A DNA stretch of 63,770 nucleotides, filler included, from Octopus bimaculoides (lineage: Eukaryota): the NCBI RefSeq assembly GCF_001194135.2. It is 5 parts of 5 records of this genome, joined end to end, with 100 filler letters (N's around TTAATTAATTAA, not from the genome) between each part and the next. Parts side by side here need not be neighbours in the genome. Positions count along the whole stretch, not along the records: positions 1 to 30,308 come from NC_068994.1; 4 more parts are not named here. One strand, given 5' to 3'. The notes under the pieces were generated by a model. The model had not been told where the DNA came from. It saw nothing but the letters and a program-made list of their open reading frames with translations, and did no database searches. Positions 1 through 13,260 of this stretch are shown in pieces; the stretch's first letter is position 1; each line of letters opens with the position of its first letter. The position numbers and the translations under genes are program-made.

Positions 1-360
1 CTCACTTCTCTCTCTCTCTCTCTAGTTAGAGAGAGAGAGAGAGAAGTGAGGAGATAGGATGTGTCTCAGAGAAGGAGAGAGACTGTGTGTGTGTTTGCAA
101 AGTATTGAAAAAGTGTTTTGCGAAAAGGAGAGAGATTGAGTGCGAGACAATTATGGTGTGTGCACAAGAAAGAATGCGAGAGAGAGAGAGATAGAGAGAG
201 AAAAAAAGAGAGAAAGAGAGAGAGATAGAGAGAGAAAAAAAGAGAGAGCTGTGTGTGTAAAAGATTGTGCGGACTCTTGGAATAATTTGCAATATAAAAT
301 GGTGAGAGGATAAATATTGGACGGAAGCATATTTCTGTTTATTTCTCTTGTCTGCTTCAG

Positions 361-385
361 CATGTATTTGTATGTTTGCCATTGT

Positions 386-433
<48 letters not shown>

Positions 434-590
434 GTATATACAAACACAGACGCACACATACGCACACACACATATATATAAACACACACGCACACAGCCA
501 AACATACACATACACATACACACATATACACACATACACACACACATATACACATACACACAGATACACACACAGACACACACGTTTGTG
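361..590. repeat. (CA)n / (TACA)n compound microsatellite
   Basis: Direct reading; it produces the spurious HT/CV ORFs in the track. Confidence 0.95.
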
Positions 591-880
591 CGTTTGTAAT
601 TGTCGCTCATACAAGTGTATATAATTGCTGTGCTCGTGTGTCTACGTACATATGTACCGTTGTCTGTCTTCCTTCCTTCCTTCCTTCCTTTCCAAAGTGT
701 CTTGGTGAGTCTGAACTCCTGATGAACTCTGCCAATTTCAGGAAATATATTCCAAAGAATTCTCCATTCTCGTTGTCCATTCCGGGTTCAGGTTTGAAGC
801 AAAGCTTGAATTTTGTCAGCTTTGCCTCAGCTAACGCCAACCAAACATTAATTAGGTGAGAAGTTTATCACGTTGTGAAT

Positions 881-1000
881 GAGCATAGCCTAGTGGTTAC
901 GATGTTGCACTCTCGATTGCTAGATAGTAGGTTCGATTCCAAGAGCAGGCGGCGTGTTATGTTCTGGAGCCAATCAATTCATCTCACGTTACTCTAGAAC
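881..1000 (+). mobile_element. tRNA-derived SINE head (family D), degenerate
   Basis: A-box-like AGCCTAGTGGTTA and B-box GGTTCGATTCC (930-940); homologous to reverse-strand heads at 48268-48388 and 59355-59440. Confidence 0.6.
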
Positions 1001-1142
1001 TGTGTGGGAAGCGACAAGCAGCAAAAGAAGAGACCCAACTTTTACTCTGCGTGTCGTGAAAGGCGAAAAAACAGTTTGAACTAGGATTTGCACTCCGACT
1101 TCCTAAAATCCTCATCGGCAATGACTACGCAAAATGTCCCTG

Positions 1143-1176
<34 letters not shown>

Positions 1177-1182
1177 GTTGCT

Positions 1183-1256
1183 GCTTAGAATGTTCCTCTC
1201 CGAGGCACAAGTCCGGACAAGGTTGTTTATGGAAGACCAGCAGTCGCCCATCCAAT
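1183..1256 (-). mobile_element. SINE family D 3' fragment
   Basis: CTCCGAGGCACAAGTCCGGACAAGGTTGTTTATGGAAGACCAGCAGTCGCCCAT closely matches 31915-31970. Confidence 0.6.
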
Positions 1257-2271
1257 ATGGAAATGTAAGCGCTCAATGCGCGATAAATTTACCGTTCAAG
1301 TTTCGGCTGTTATTTGTAATCACGCTGCGCTCCTTCTGTTACGTGATCCCATTGGAGAAGGACCATAGCGTAATATAAAAAGCCCATCAATAATAGGAGA
1401 AAAGAACATTGGCATGGACTTGGTATTCCTACACACACAAACACACACACACACANNNNNNNNNNNNNNNNNNNNNNNNNNNNNNNNNNNNNNNNNNNNN
1501 NNNNNNNNNNNNNNNNNNNNNNNNNNNNNNNNNNNNNNNNNNNNNNNNNNNNNNNNNNNNNNNNNNNNNNNNNNNNNNNNNNNNNNNNNNNNNNNNNNNN
1601 NNNNNNNNNNNNNNNNNNNNNNNNNNNNNNNNNNNNNNNNNNNNNNNNNNNNNNNNNNNNNNNNNNNNNNNNNNNNNNNNNNNNNNNNNNNNNNNNNNNN
1701 NNNNNNNNNNNNNNNNNNNNNNNNNNNNNNNNNNNNNNNNNNNNNNNNNNNNNNNNNNNNNNNNNNNNNNNNNNNNNNNNNNNNNNNNNNNNNNNNNNNN
1801 NNNNNNNNNNNNNNNNNNNNNNNNNNNNNNNNNNNNNNNNNNNNNNNNNNNNNNNNNNNNNNNNNNNNNNNNNNNNNNNNNNNNNNNNNNNNNNNNNNNN
1901 NNNNNNNNNNNNNNNNNNNNNNNNNNNNNNNNNNNNNNNNNNNNNNNNNNNNNNNNNNNNNNNNNNNNNNNNNNNNNNNNNNNNNNNNNNNNNNNNNNNN
2001 NNNNNNNNNNNNNNNNNNNNNNNNNNNNNNNNNNNNNNNNNNNNNNNNNNNNNNNNNNNNNNNNNNNNNNNNNNNNNNNNNNNNNNNNNNNNNNNNNNNN
2101 NNNGAAACACGACTGCCATTAGTTATATTTAGATAAATAAATAAACAAATAAATAAAACAAGAACAAAACACAACACCAAAAAGACAACAACAATAATAA
2201 TAATAATAATAATTTTGATGATGAGGAGGCTGATGATTTATTTCATTGCCACAAGGAGAACGATGTGTGTG

Positions 2272-2309
<38 letters not shown>

Positions 2310-2800
2310 GGGGCATTATCGAGACAAATGACAAAAATTATGCCGAAGCCGGGTTTGTGTCTTGTACTATAGGAAATATAAGTGGTCATGTGGTTAAGAA
2401 CGTTCGTTTCACAATCACGTACTTCCGGGTTCGGGGTTCACTCCCACCGTTGTACATTTTTTGTGGGGGATGCAGTCTTGTTATATAAGCTCTGGCAGCG
2501 TGTTGGTCAATACCTGGCGACGAGGACTGCTCTATTTTTCTTTTCTTTTCGTATTTGGAAAATGATCAGAGGTGAATTGCCGGTGCATGCACGCACATTT
2601 GTATATCAGTGTGTGTGAGTATGCATATATATATGCATGTGTGTGTGCGCGCACGCGCGTGTGCTTATATAATGGAAACTAACCATCCAATGATCCCAGA
2701 AATATGAATCGCCGAATTAGCCCCTGGAAAGCAAGTTGTCCGAAACACGCAACATTCAACTAATTTCTTCATTATTACTACGAATAAAACCTGTTTTCAA

Positions 2801-3429
2801 TTTTAGCACAAGGACATCAATTTTGAAGGAAGAGTTTGTCGATTACATCGGTCTCAGTACCCCACTGGTGCTGATTTTATCGCCCTCACATGTTATCTCG
2901 GCGGAATTTCAACTCCAAACGTAAGGAACTGGAAGAAATACCGCAAAGCATTTTGTTCGACGTGCGAACAATTCTGCCAGCTAACCGCCTTAATACGGCT
3001 TTCAATTTTTGGGGATAAGATCAGCAATTTCGGAGATGGAGTTAAGTCGATTTGATTGACCTCAGTGCATCACTGGTACTTACTTTATCGGCTCTGCAAC
3101 GATGGAAGGTAAAGTCGACGTCGGCGGAATTTGAACTCGTAGCCTAAAGACGGACGAGTGGCACTCAGTATTTTGCCAAACGTGTTAACAATTCTGCCAG
3201 CTCGCCGCCTTATGATTTCAGATTTTGACACAAGGCCAGCAATTTCGGGGGAGGGGTCTAGTCGATTATATGGAACCCACTATTCGACGGCTGGTACTTA
3301 TTTTATCGACCCCGAAAGGATAAAAGGTGAAGTCGACCACGACGAAATTTGAACTCAGAACGTGGAGATGGACGAAGTGCCGTTAAACATTTCGTCCGAC
3401 GTGCTAACGATTCTGCCAGCTCGCCGCCT
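2801..3429 (-). mobile_element. Three head-to-tail copies of tRNA-derived SINE family B
   Basis: Three ~200-bp units (about 2801-2989, 3005-3209, 3220-3429), each ending ...TTCTGCCAGCT(C/A)(G/A)CCGCC. The reverse complement has an A-box-like GGCGAGCTGGCAGAA, and the copies carry a B-box-like GAGTTCAAATTCC. Confidence 0.85.
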
Positions 3430-5500
3430 TGATGATAATAATAACAATAATAATAAATATGATAATAATAATAATAATAATAATAACAACAACTTTTTAC
3501 GGTTATGGATTTGTTTTGCAAAATTCCTGATGTGAAATCATGTGTTGAANNNNNNNNNNNNNNNNNNNNNNNNNNNNNNNNNNNNNNNNNNNNNNNNNNN
3601 NNNNNNNNNNNNNNNNNNNNNNNNNNNNNNNNNNNNNNNNNNNNNNNNNNNNNNNNNNNNNNNNNNNNNNNNNNNNNNNNNNNNNNNNNNNNNNNNNNNN
3701 NNNNNNNNNNNNNNNNNNNNNNNNNNNNNNNNNNNNNNNNNNNNNNNNNNNNNNNNNNNNNNNNNNNNNNNNNNNNNNNNNNNNNNNNNNNNNNNNNNNN
3801 NNNNNNNNNNNNNNNNNNNNNNNNNNNNNNNNNNNNNNNNNNNNNNNNNNNNNNNNNNNNNNNNNNNNNNNNNNNNNNNNNNNNNNNNNNNNNNNNNNNN
3901 NNNNNNNNNNNNNNNNNNNNNNNNNNNNNNNNNNNNNNNNNNNNNNNNNNNNNNNNNNNNNNNNNNNNNNNNNNNNNNNNNNNNNNNNNNNNNNNNNNNN
4001 NNNNNNNNNNNNNNNNNNNNNNNNNNNNNNNNNNNNNNNNNNNNNNNNNNNNNNNNNNNNNNNNNNNNNNNNNNNNNNNNNNNNNNNNNNNNNNNNNNNN
4101 NNNNNNNNNNNNNNNNNNNNNNNNNNNNNNNNNNNNNNNNNNNNNNNNNNNNNNNNNNNNNNNNNNNNNNNNNNNNNNNNNNNNNNNNNNNNNNNNNNNN
4201 NNNNNNNNNNNNNNNNNNNNNNNNNNNNNNNNNNNNNNNNNNNNNNNNNNNNNNNNNNNNNNNNNNNNNNNNNNNNNNNNNNNNNNNNNNNNNNNNNNNN
4301 NNNNNNNNNNNNNNNNNNNNNNNNNNNNNNNNNNNNNNNNNNNNNNNNNNNNNNNNNNNNNNNNNNNNNNNNNNNNNNNNNNNNNNNNNNNNNNNNNNNN
4401 NNNNNNAAGAGGGCGCGAGGGAGAGAGAAAGTGGTGGCGGCCATGTTAATTTTTTCCCTTCTTTTGGAGGGGGATTTTTATTTGTTTACTTATTTATTTT
4501 ATTTATTTATTGTTTTTTTTTTGCAGTTATCCGTTGCGCGTGTTCTTTCAATCTGCTCGTTTTGTGCTTGTAGCATTCCATCCACATTGGCAACAATCTG
4601 TAATAATAAATCTAGTTTTGTGTGTGTGGAGAGAGAGGGGGGGGAAATAGGGAGAGAGTGAAACACAGAGAAAGAAACAGGGTGAGAGTGAATCACAGAG
4701 AGGGAGAGAGAGGGAGAAAGAAGGGGTGAGAGAAACAGGCAGAAACAGAGAAATAAGGTGAGAGAGAGAGATAGAGTAACAGAGAGGGAGAGAGTGAGTG
4801 AGAGACAGAGAGTGTATGCGTGTGGGAAAGAGAGAGAAACAGAGAGAGACGAGGTGAGGCGAAGCGAGGCGAGAACAACAGTCAATCTGTGGTTATATAA
4901 TATGTATGAGATTTTTTTTCTTTCCCTTCTCTTTTCTTTATCATCATTTCCCTTTTACTCTCTCTCTCACTCTCTCCCTCCATTTTCTTTTTTCTTTTGC
5001 CTTCCTCCCAGCCTCTCTCTCTCTCTCTCTCGCTCTCGCTCTCTTTTCAACAAGTTACACAGAATAGGTGTGGCTTCGCTGCTTCGACATCAGTCTTTTG
5101 TGGTGGTACAAACGAAATAAAAGGTGAACAGGGATGGCGAGGTGGGCGATTTCGATGGCGTGGCGTGGTGTGGAAGCGAAACAAAGCGACAGAATCACTG
5201 AACAATCCCCATTCACACTAAAATGTGTCTGCTCTTATACCAGCTAAGCACAAAGGCATTTATCTTTCATTTTATTTGCTTATACAAACTACCACTTGTT
5301 TGACTTGTGGTTAAATAAACGATAAATACGATCTGTTTCTTTTTTTGTGCGTGTGTATGTGTGTATATATGTAGGTGAATATATAGGAGTACATGTGTGT
5401 ATGCGAGAGAAAGAGAGAGAACAGAGAGAGAGAGAGAGAGAAGGGGAAAGTGAGACAGAGTTAGAGTACATGACTTCATCATAGATGCTATCATCTATTT

Positions 5501-5570
5501 CAGCGGTTCCCAACCTTTTCACTACCAAGAACCCCATTTATTCAAATGAGTTTTCCCACGGACCTCTTTT
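5501..5570 (+). mobile_element. Possible hAT (Charlie-like) terminal fragment
   Basis: CAGCGGTTCCCAACCTTTT resembles hAT MITE termini; no partner TIR was found. Confidence 0.3.
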
Positions 5571-5770
5571 AGTATGCTTATCCTTATGTATATATGTGTG
5601 TGTATAACGCGACGCATCCACTTTCAGGTAAGTTTATCTTTACCTTTTTGATGCGACTCTCTACTCTATACTGTTTACTTCCTCCATCCTTTTCTAATTC
5701 CCATTTTCTCTCCTTCCCTCTTTCACCGTTTTCTATCTGTGTCTCTATTCCCTCTTTCTCTTTCTGTCTG

Positions 5771-5817
<47 letters not shown>

Positions 5818-5949
5818 GCTCACACATGACCATCGTCCATCTTTCTTTTCCTCAGGTGACCATCTTCCTTTTCCTGCACGGCGGTTCAAAAGAACCGATG
5901 TGTTATTTTTCTCTCAAGTCTATTAGAGCAACCCCATTACATGACTGAA

Positions 5950-6082
5950 ACTTTATTTTATCGATCGTCAAAGGATGAAAAGCAAATCTGACTACGGCAA
6001 CATTTGAACGCAGAACGTAAAGATCGAGAAGAAATGCCACAAACATTTTGTCCAACTCGTTACCATTCTGCCAGCTCGCCAC
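5950..6082 (-). mobile_element. SINE family B, partial
   Basis: Homologous to the copies at 2801-3429 and 36134-36353. Confidence 0.75.
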
Positions 6083-6652
6083 CCCGTAATGTATTGGGTG
6101 GATCCATTGCTTGACTGGTATTTATTTTATCGCTGGAATTTTGTGTAAACTCTGGATTTAGTACATCACACCTTAATTTATTATTTCAAATTAAGGATAC
6201 ATGCCTATTTGAGTTATTTCCCCTTAGCTCATTTTATTTTTCGTTTGTAAAACACAAGTGTTGTGCGCTACTAGAGAGGCAAGTCGTCTTTGTTCACGTT
6301 TCACTTTGTAACGTGAGAAACCAGCAACTCCTACGTGGTCACTACTTGCTAGAAATGGCAACCAAGTCGAACTCACATCTCATCCTGTCGTCTTAAAATT
6401 AAAACAAGTGTAAACTGGATAATGTATTGCTGGACTTCTCACTTAAGGCTGACATCAGTCTCAACAACAAGAACAACTGTAATTTCTCTTCTATTTCATT
6501 TCTTTAACTGAGATGTATCTTAGATATATTAATTTGAAGTTTGAATAGGAACAATATCAAAATAATATACAGTAGTACAATATAGAGAAAGAAATGGGTA
6601 AACAAAGTTTGGTAGCGCCTAGTTACCATGCAAACCCATAAATACGTCATTG

Positions 6653-6705
<53 letters not shown>

Positions 6706-6819
6706 CTTCATCCTCCCATCAACCTCTTTACCTTTTCTCCTGTCTCCTTTCGTTCGTAAATTATCTCTTTCTATTTTTCACACCGGAAGCATAACAGGTT
6801 TGTAAGACACATGCGCGCG

Positions 6820-6856
<37 letters not shown>

Positions 6857-8292
6857 ACACACACGATATTTGTGTCAGCGTCAGTGTCTGTATTTGAGAA
6901 TGTGTGTGTCAGCGTCTGTGTGTGTGTGTATGTGCGAATGTGTGTGTGTGTGTGTGTGTGTCTGTGTGTGTGTGTGTGTAAGTTTGATAAGCTATTGAAC
7001 TTCTAGTAGCTTCGATCTTTATGATTATTATGACAATATTAGAAATTTGTTGATCGAATGTTGCGTGTAGAAGAAGGAAACTTGAGATTTAGGGAAATTT
7101 TGCTGACAATAGTGATTGATCTGCGACTACACAATCGGTCAAAGGTTGCTCAACCCATTCTATGAATTCTGCATGCATAATATATAAACGACGATAAGTT
7201 TGAAACTTTATGATATGGAGAAATAATCTTCCTAAAGTCCACTATCATTTATGTTCTGAAACAACACGTGACTATTTGGAATTATAATCACGTGATTAAA
7301 AATTCCACATCGTAATCACATCGTTCAATCGTTTCATTACTTGACTGACTTGTTAGAATCTATGGCTAGCATGCCTTGCCGTTGTAACAGAATTGATGCT
7401 TTAATGCTGTAACCGTATTTTGCATTATGAAAGACGCAGATTTTTTTTTTTTACAAAATAAAAACTAGCTTGAAGTTGCCATGCATTTTGCTCTTCAACT
7501 GAGAAATTGCTGTGGTTTTCTGAAATCGCAGTCGGGCGCTAGTAGTTAACATTTGGTCACCAATAGTGGGTGTAGTACAATCACCATGGTGTGTAGCATG
7601 AATAATCGCAGGACATTTAAGCCATTAGGCAGGGCGGTCATTTTCTGGCGACTTCTCATACGCACTCTGCTGATTTGTCCACCAGTTTTGTCTGGTAACA
7701 GGCATTTAGCGTGTACCTACTGGACACTGCTCAATCAACATCACCTTCACTACAAGATTCGGCTTGCTCGAAATAGAATCTATAACCCCCCCCCCCCCTA
7801 ATGCAACAGTCCAGTTTTGAGAGAGAGAAAAAGTCTGTAATTGAAAATACAGTTTGAGTTATACAATGCCCGAACAAAAATAAACAGCCTTGTCATGGAT
7901 GGAAAGGTCTTGATCATAGGCTTGACACGTAACCAGGCAACCAGGGCTGATCATAATCTAAACAACGACAGCAGCATCAGCAACAATAGAAACTAATCGA
8001 TAAAAAGCTAGTGTTAACAAATCGATATTCATTTTTATTTCTTTAAAATACAAAATGCGTTTATATTTTAGAAATTTAAAGGTAACTGATTAAGTTATGA
8101 CCTTCATGTATGTTTTTAGAGATCTTGATGTGTAAACGATACTAACCTTTTAATTAATTAAATTTCATGGTTATTCCAGTAATGGTGTTAAATATCTGCA
8201 AGAAAAAAAAATGGAGAATTGTTATTTTTTGCAAGTTTCATTGCATCAATAAATTTGACATAGCAAAAGAAAAAAAAAATGAAAGTTTCAAA

Positions 8293-8720
8293 TGTGTGTG
8301 GTGATGTGGTTAAGAAGCTTGCTTTCCAACCACATGGTTCCGGGTTCAGTCCCACTGAGTGGCATCTTGGGTAAGTGTCTTCTACTATGGCCTCGGGCCG
8401 ATCAAATCTTTGTAAATGGATTTGGCTGACGGAAACTGTAAGAAGCCTGTACTGTGTGCGTGTGTGTGTCTTTGTGTTTGAGTTTATCCCCACCATTGCT
8501 TGACAACCGGTGTCGGTGTGTTTATGTCGCCGTAACCTGGTGGTTCAGCAAAAGAAACCAAAATAAAATGCGTTCCAAGCTTTAAAAAAATATAAATAAA
8601 TAAATAGATAGATAGATAAATAAAATAATTACTGGAGCCCATTCAATCGACTAAAACCCTACCAGGCGGTGCCCCAACATGGCCGCAGTCAAAATGACTG
8701 AAACAAGTAAAAGATTAAAG
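8293..8720 (+). mobile_element. tRNA-derived SINE family A, near full length
   Basis: Head GTGGTTAAGAAGCTTGC...GGTTCAGTCCC, internal (TG)n, and tail GGCGGTGCCCCAACATGGCCGCAGTC...ATGACTGAAACAAGTAAAAGA shared with many other copies in the window. Confidence 0.85.
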
Positions 8721-9105
8721 ACGACATTTCTTAACAAAAGACAGATTCGTATATAAAACTGCTTTCCGCAGTTAAGGGTAATGAAATTTTGAATGAATAT
8801 ATCTGACATTCACAATAAAAGATTTTAAGAGATCGTAATACTGGACCCAACTATTCCACAATTCTCTACTGTTCGTTCCTGATTCAATGTACCATGGGAA
8901 ATGCTTTCATCTGGAAGTTAGAAGCATTCTGTTCTACCTAACAATGCTCTTTCATTTTATGACATCAGCCATTATTTATTGATTTAGTTCGATCCGTTAT
9001 TGCTGCATATGTTGTGTTATGCAATCCTGCATCATTGTGTGCCGCCAGTTAACAGCCCACATGCTGCAAACATTTACCATATTTTTCCTTTGTCTCTTGT
9101 GATAG

Positions 9106-9152
<47 letters not shown>

Positions 9153-9711
9153 NNNNNNNNNNNNNNNNNNNNNNNNNNNNNNNNNNNNNNNNNNNNNNNN
9201 NNNNNNNNNNNNNNNNNNNNNNNNNNNNNNNNNNNNNNNNNNNNNNNNNNNNNNNNNNNNNNNNNNNNNNNNNNNNNNNNNNNNNNNNNNNNNNNNNNNN
9301 NNNNNNNNNNNNNNNNNNNNNNNNNNNNNNNNNNNNNNNNNNNNNNNNNNNNNNNNNNNNNNNNNNNNNNNNNNNNNNNNNNNNNNNNNNNNNNNNNNNN
9401 NNNNNNNNNNNNNNNNNNNNNNNNNNNNNNNNNNNNNNNNNNNNNNNNNNNNNNNNNNNNNNNNNNNNNNNNNNNNNNNNNNNNNNNNNNNNNNNNNNNN
9501 NNNNNNNNNNNNNNNNNNNNNNNNNNNNNNNNNNNNNNNNNNNNNNNNNNNNNNNNNNNNNNNNNNNNNNNNNNNNNNNNNNNNNNNNNNNNNNNNNNNN
9601 NNNNNNNNNNNNGCAAGACATTTTATTTCTCGTTGCACCAGTGCCCTGGGCTGGCAAAAATGAATGACGGCCAGAATCCCTCGGACAGACTGCTTCTGTC
9701 GGCTCAGTTTT

Positions 9712-9916
9712 GTTCACAAGGCCCGAAATTTTTGGTGGGGAGGGGGCCGCTCGATTAGATCGACCCTAGTACGCAACTGGTACTTAATTTTTTCGAACCC
9801 GGGAAGGATGAAAGGCAAAGTCCACCTCGGTGGAATTTGAACTCAGAACGTAAAAACAGACGAAATACCGCTAAGCATTTCGCCCGGCGTGCTAACGTTT
9901 CTACCAGCTCGCCACC
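9712..9916 (-). mobile_element. SINE family B
   Basis: Well-conserved copy matching 36134-36353. Confidence 0.85.
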
Positions 9917-10613
9917 TTATACACACACACACACGTATCATACGAAACAGGGAAATCACTACTTGGTAATCCTAGATTCACTTGATCAAAATCTTCTTGA
10001 TTATCTATTCATATCTACGTCAATTATCACATCTTAGAGTCTTTCATAGTAATGTGCTGCGGAATACCGTCTATCACGTCTTAGTGTGTACCACGTGATA
10101 ATGTGCAGCGTGTGTTGTGCCAAGATTATTTAGTGCGAAGTTTGCTGAAGTTCAGAGTTAACAGAAGACACGGCTTGGTCCAATTTCTCAATGTTTCCTG
10201 TCAGCTCAACTTACATTTGGTGCCGCCGGTCGTGGTTTCGAAAATGTCAGACGGTCATCAAATACGATAAGCGGAAGAATCAAATACAAGCAGGATCACG
10301 TGATGCAACACACCAAAGGGTGACTGATCGTACATTCAACTACACCAGGCCGCCAGCGCCCTTAGCCTCCATCTCTCTCTCACCCCAACTATTACACAAT
10401 ATGAAATAACCAGTAAAAGGATATGAAGGAAAATAATACACGAGGGNNNNNNNNNNNNNNNNNNNNNNNNNNNNNNNNNGTATATATAAGGATTACAATC
10501 AAAGATATGACCTTATAAAACACAAATATATAGTGCGTATTCAATTGGCAAAAAAATGACCATCTCTATCTGTCTGTCTCCCTCTATATATGCATACATA
10601 CATACATACATTT

Positions 10614-10693
<80 letters not shown>

Positions 10694-10987
10694 TATGTAT
10701 GTATCTAGTGAGGTCAAGTCAACCTTACTTGAAAGGTCACGTTGACATTTGTCTCCTCGACTAAGCGTTTAATAATTAAATCTGTATTAGCTGCCGAATT
10801 CACTGAAATGGAACGCGCTACATACTGCAAGCTCATTAGAACGGGCTTTGATTCAGACCGTGCTTAGATTCTGGTAAAAAATCTTCAGCTGATACACACG
10901 AAGAGTAAATGAGGAGGGAGCCCTTACGTAGATAATTGTCATGTTTGAAATGGCAGCTAAATCCTCTTTAAACTACACGGTAACATC

Positions 10988-11052
<65 letters not shown>

Positions 11053-11399
11053 NNNNNNNNNNNNNNNNNNNNNNNNNNNNNNNNNNNNNNNNNNNNNNNN
11101 NNNNNNNNNNNNNNNNNNNNNNNNNNNNNNNNNNNNNNNNNNNNNNNNNNNNNNNNNNNNNNNNNNNNNNNNNNNNNNNNNNNNNNNNNNNNNNNNNNNN
11201 NNNNNNNNNNNNNNNNNNNNNNNNNNNNNNNNNNNNNNNNNNNNNNNNNNNNNNNNNNNNNNNNNNNNNNNNNNNNNNNNNNNNNNNNNNNNNNNNNNNN
11301 NNNNNNNNNNNNNNNNNNNNNNNNNNNNNNNNNNNNNNNNNNNNNNNNNNNNNNNNNNNNNNNNNNNNNNNNNNNNNNNNNNNNNNNNNNNNNNNNNNN

Positions 11400-11437
<38 letters not shown>

Positions 11438-11445
11438 TTATATTA

Positions 11446-11802
11446 GCTGCGTGGTAAGAAGCTTGCTTCCCAACCACATGGTTTCAGGTTCGGTCGCACA
11501 GTGTGACCCCTTGCGCAAGTGTCTTCAACTATAACCTAGGGCTGACAAAATGTCTTGTGAGCGGATTTGCTGGAGGGAAACTGAAAGAAGCCTGTCGTGC
11601 ATGTATGTGTCTGTTTTTTTTTTTTTTTTCAGCCCTGACACTTGACAGCCGGTGTGTTTACGCCCCCGTAACTTAGCGGTTCGGCAACAGATTACCAAGC
11701 TAAAAATGTTTAAAATTCCATTGTCGATTCGTTCGACTGATAATTATTCAAGGCGGTGCCCCAATATGACCGCAGTGTAATGGCTGAACCAAGTAAAAGG
11801 TA
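11446..11802 (+). mobile_element. SINE family A, near full length
   Basis: GCGTGGTAAGAAGCTTGCTTCCCAACCACATGG head through the AACCAAGTAAAAGG tail. Confidence 0.85.
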
Positions 11803-13039
11803 CAAGCTAAAGAGCATTTGGCATCTTAAATAGCAATAACTAGTGTATAAAACGAAGCAATGAGGAAAGTTTTATATGGTTGTACGTCCTGCTAAAAATA
11901 GCTGCCAAGTCCTTCAGAAATTAAATCTTATCGACGCAAATGCATGCGCACATAAGGATACACATCATAGAAGAATAAAATGAAATCAGTGGAGCAAGAG
12001 CACACACGAAGATGAAAAGTGTCGTTGAAGAGGTCACAGATGTGTGACGAAAGATTTCCGGACAATGGAGATGAGTTAGAATAAGAAGAGAAATAAACGC
12101 TTGAAGAACAAAACTTATAGTGCGTGTGTTTATTTGGCAAAATAAAATGACCGTCCCGAAATACAATACAAAAATAGAACGCTTTAGGAAATATCGAAGA
12201 AGATGCAGAATGGTTGTACAAAAGATGGGACGATAGGAACGTCATCCATTTTGTTTCCTTCTCTTTTCTTTTTTTTATTGGGTTGGTCTGAAAGAAGAGA
12301 CTGTGCGGTGCTCATGGCCTTCACAGGTCTTTAGAGACCGATGAAACGATTAATGTTTCTCCTCAACAATGGTCGATCGACGGCCACAAGAAAGCCGTTT
12401 TGCAGGAAGGAAATTCCAAAAGAACGACGTTGTGGTGAAGGAAGTCTGAAGGTTGTACTTAGTGCAATGCATCATGGGACGGGTGGGGAAGCTGGCTGGG
12501 GGTGGGACCAGTGCGGATGACNNNNNNNNNNNNNNNNNNNNNNNNNNNNNNNNNNNNNNNNNNNNNNNNNNNNNNNNNNNNNNNNNNNNNNNNNNNNNNN
12601 NNNNNNNNNNNNNNNNNNNNNNNNNNNNNNNNNNNNNNNNNNNNNNNNNNNNNNNNNNNNNNNNNNNNNNNNNNNNNNNNNNNNNNNNNNNNNNNNNNNN
12701 NNNNNNNNNNNNNNNNNNNNNNNNNNNNNNNNNNNNNNNNNNNNNNNNNNNNNNNNNNNNNNNNNNNNNNNNNNNNNNNNNNNNNNNNNNNNNNNNNNNN
12801 NNNNNNNNNNNNNNNNNNNNNNNNNNNNNNNNNNNNNNNNNNNNNNNNNNNNNNNNNNNNNNNNNNNNNNNNNNNNNNNNNNNNNNNNNNNNNNNNNNNN
12901 NNNNNNNNNNNNNNNNNNNNNNNNNNNNNNNNNNNNNNNNNNNNNNNNNNNNNNNNNNNNNNNNGGGGTATCACTGCGTCTGACTGTCGGTGTAGATATC
13001 TAACTGTCTGTCTATCTACCTACCTACCAATCTCTCAAA

Positions 13040-13065
13040 ATTTGTCTATTTATCCATCTATCTAC

Positions 13066-13110
<45 letters not shown>

Positions 13111-13150
13111 CCTACCAATCTATCAATATCTATCTATCTATCTATCTATC

Positions 13151-13215
<65 letters not shown>

Positions 13216-13260
13216 CTGTCTGTCTGTCTATCTATCTATCTACTATCTATCTTCTGTCTG
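13040..13260. repeat. (TCTA)n/(TA)n compound microsatellite
   Basis: Direct reading. Confidence 0.9.

Noticed and set aside
715-750. CTGATGA...GAAA as a hammerhead ribozyme
   Set aside because: Stem II does not close next to the core, and there is no stem III or cleavage triplet.
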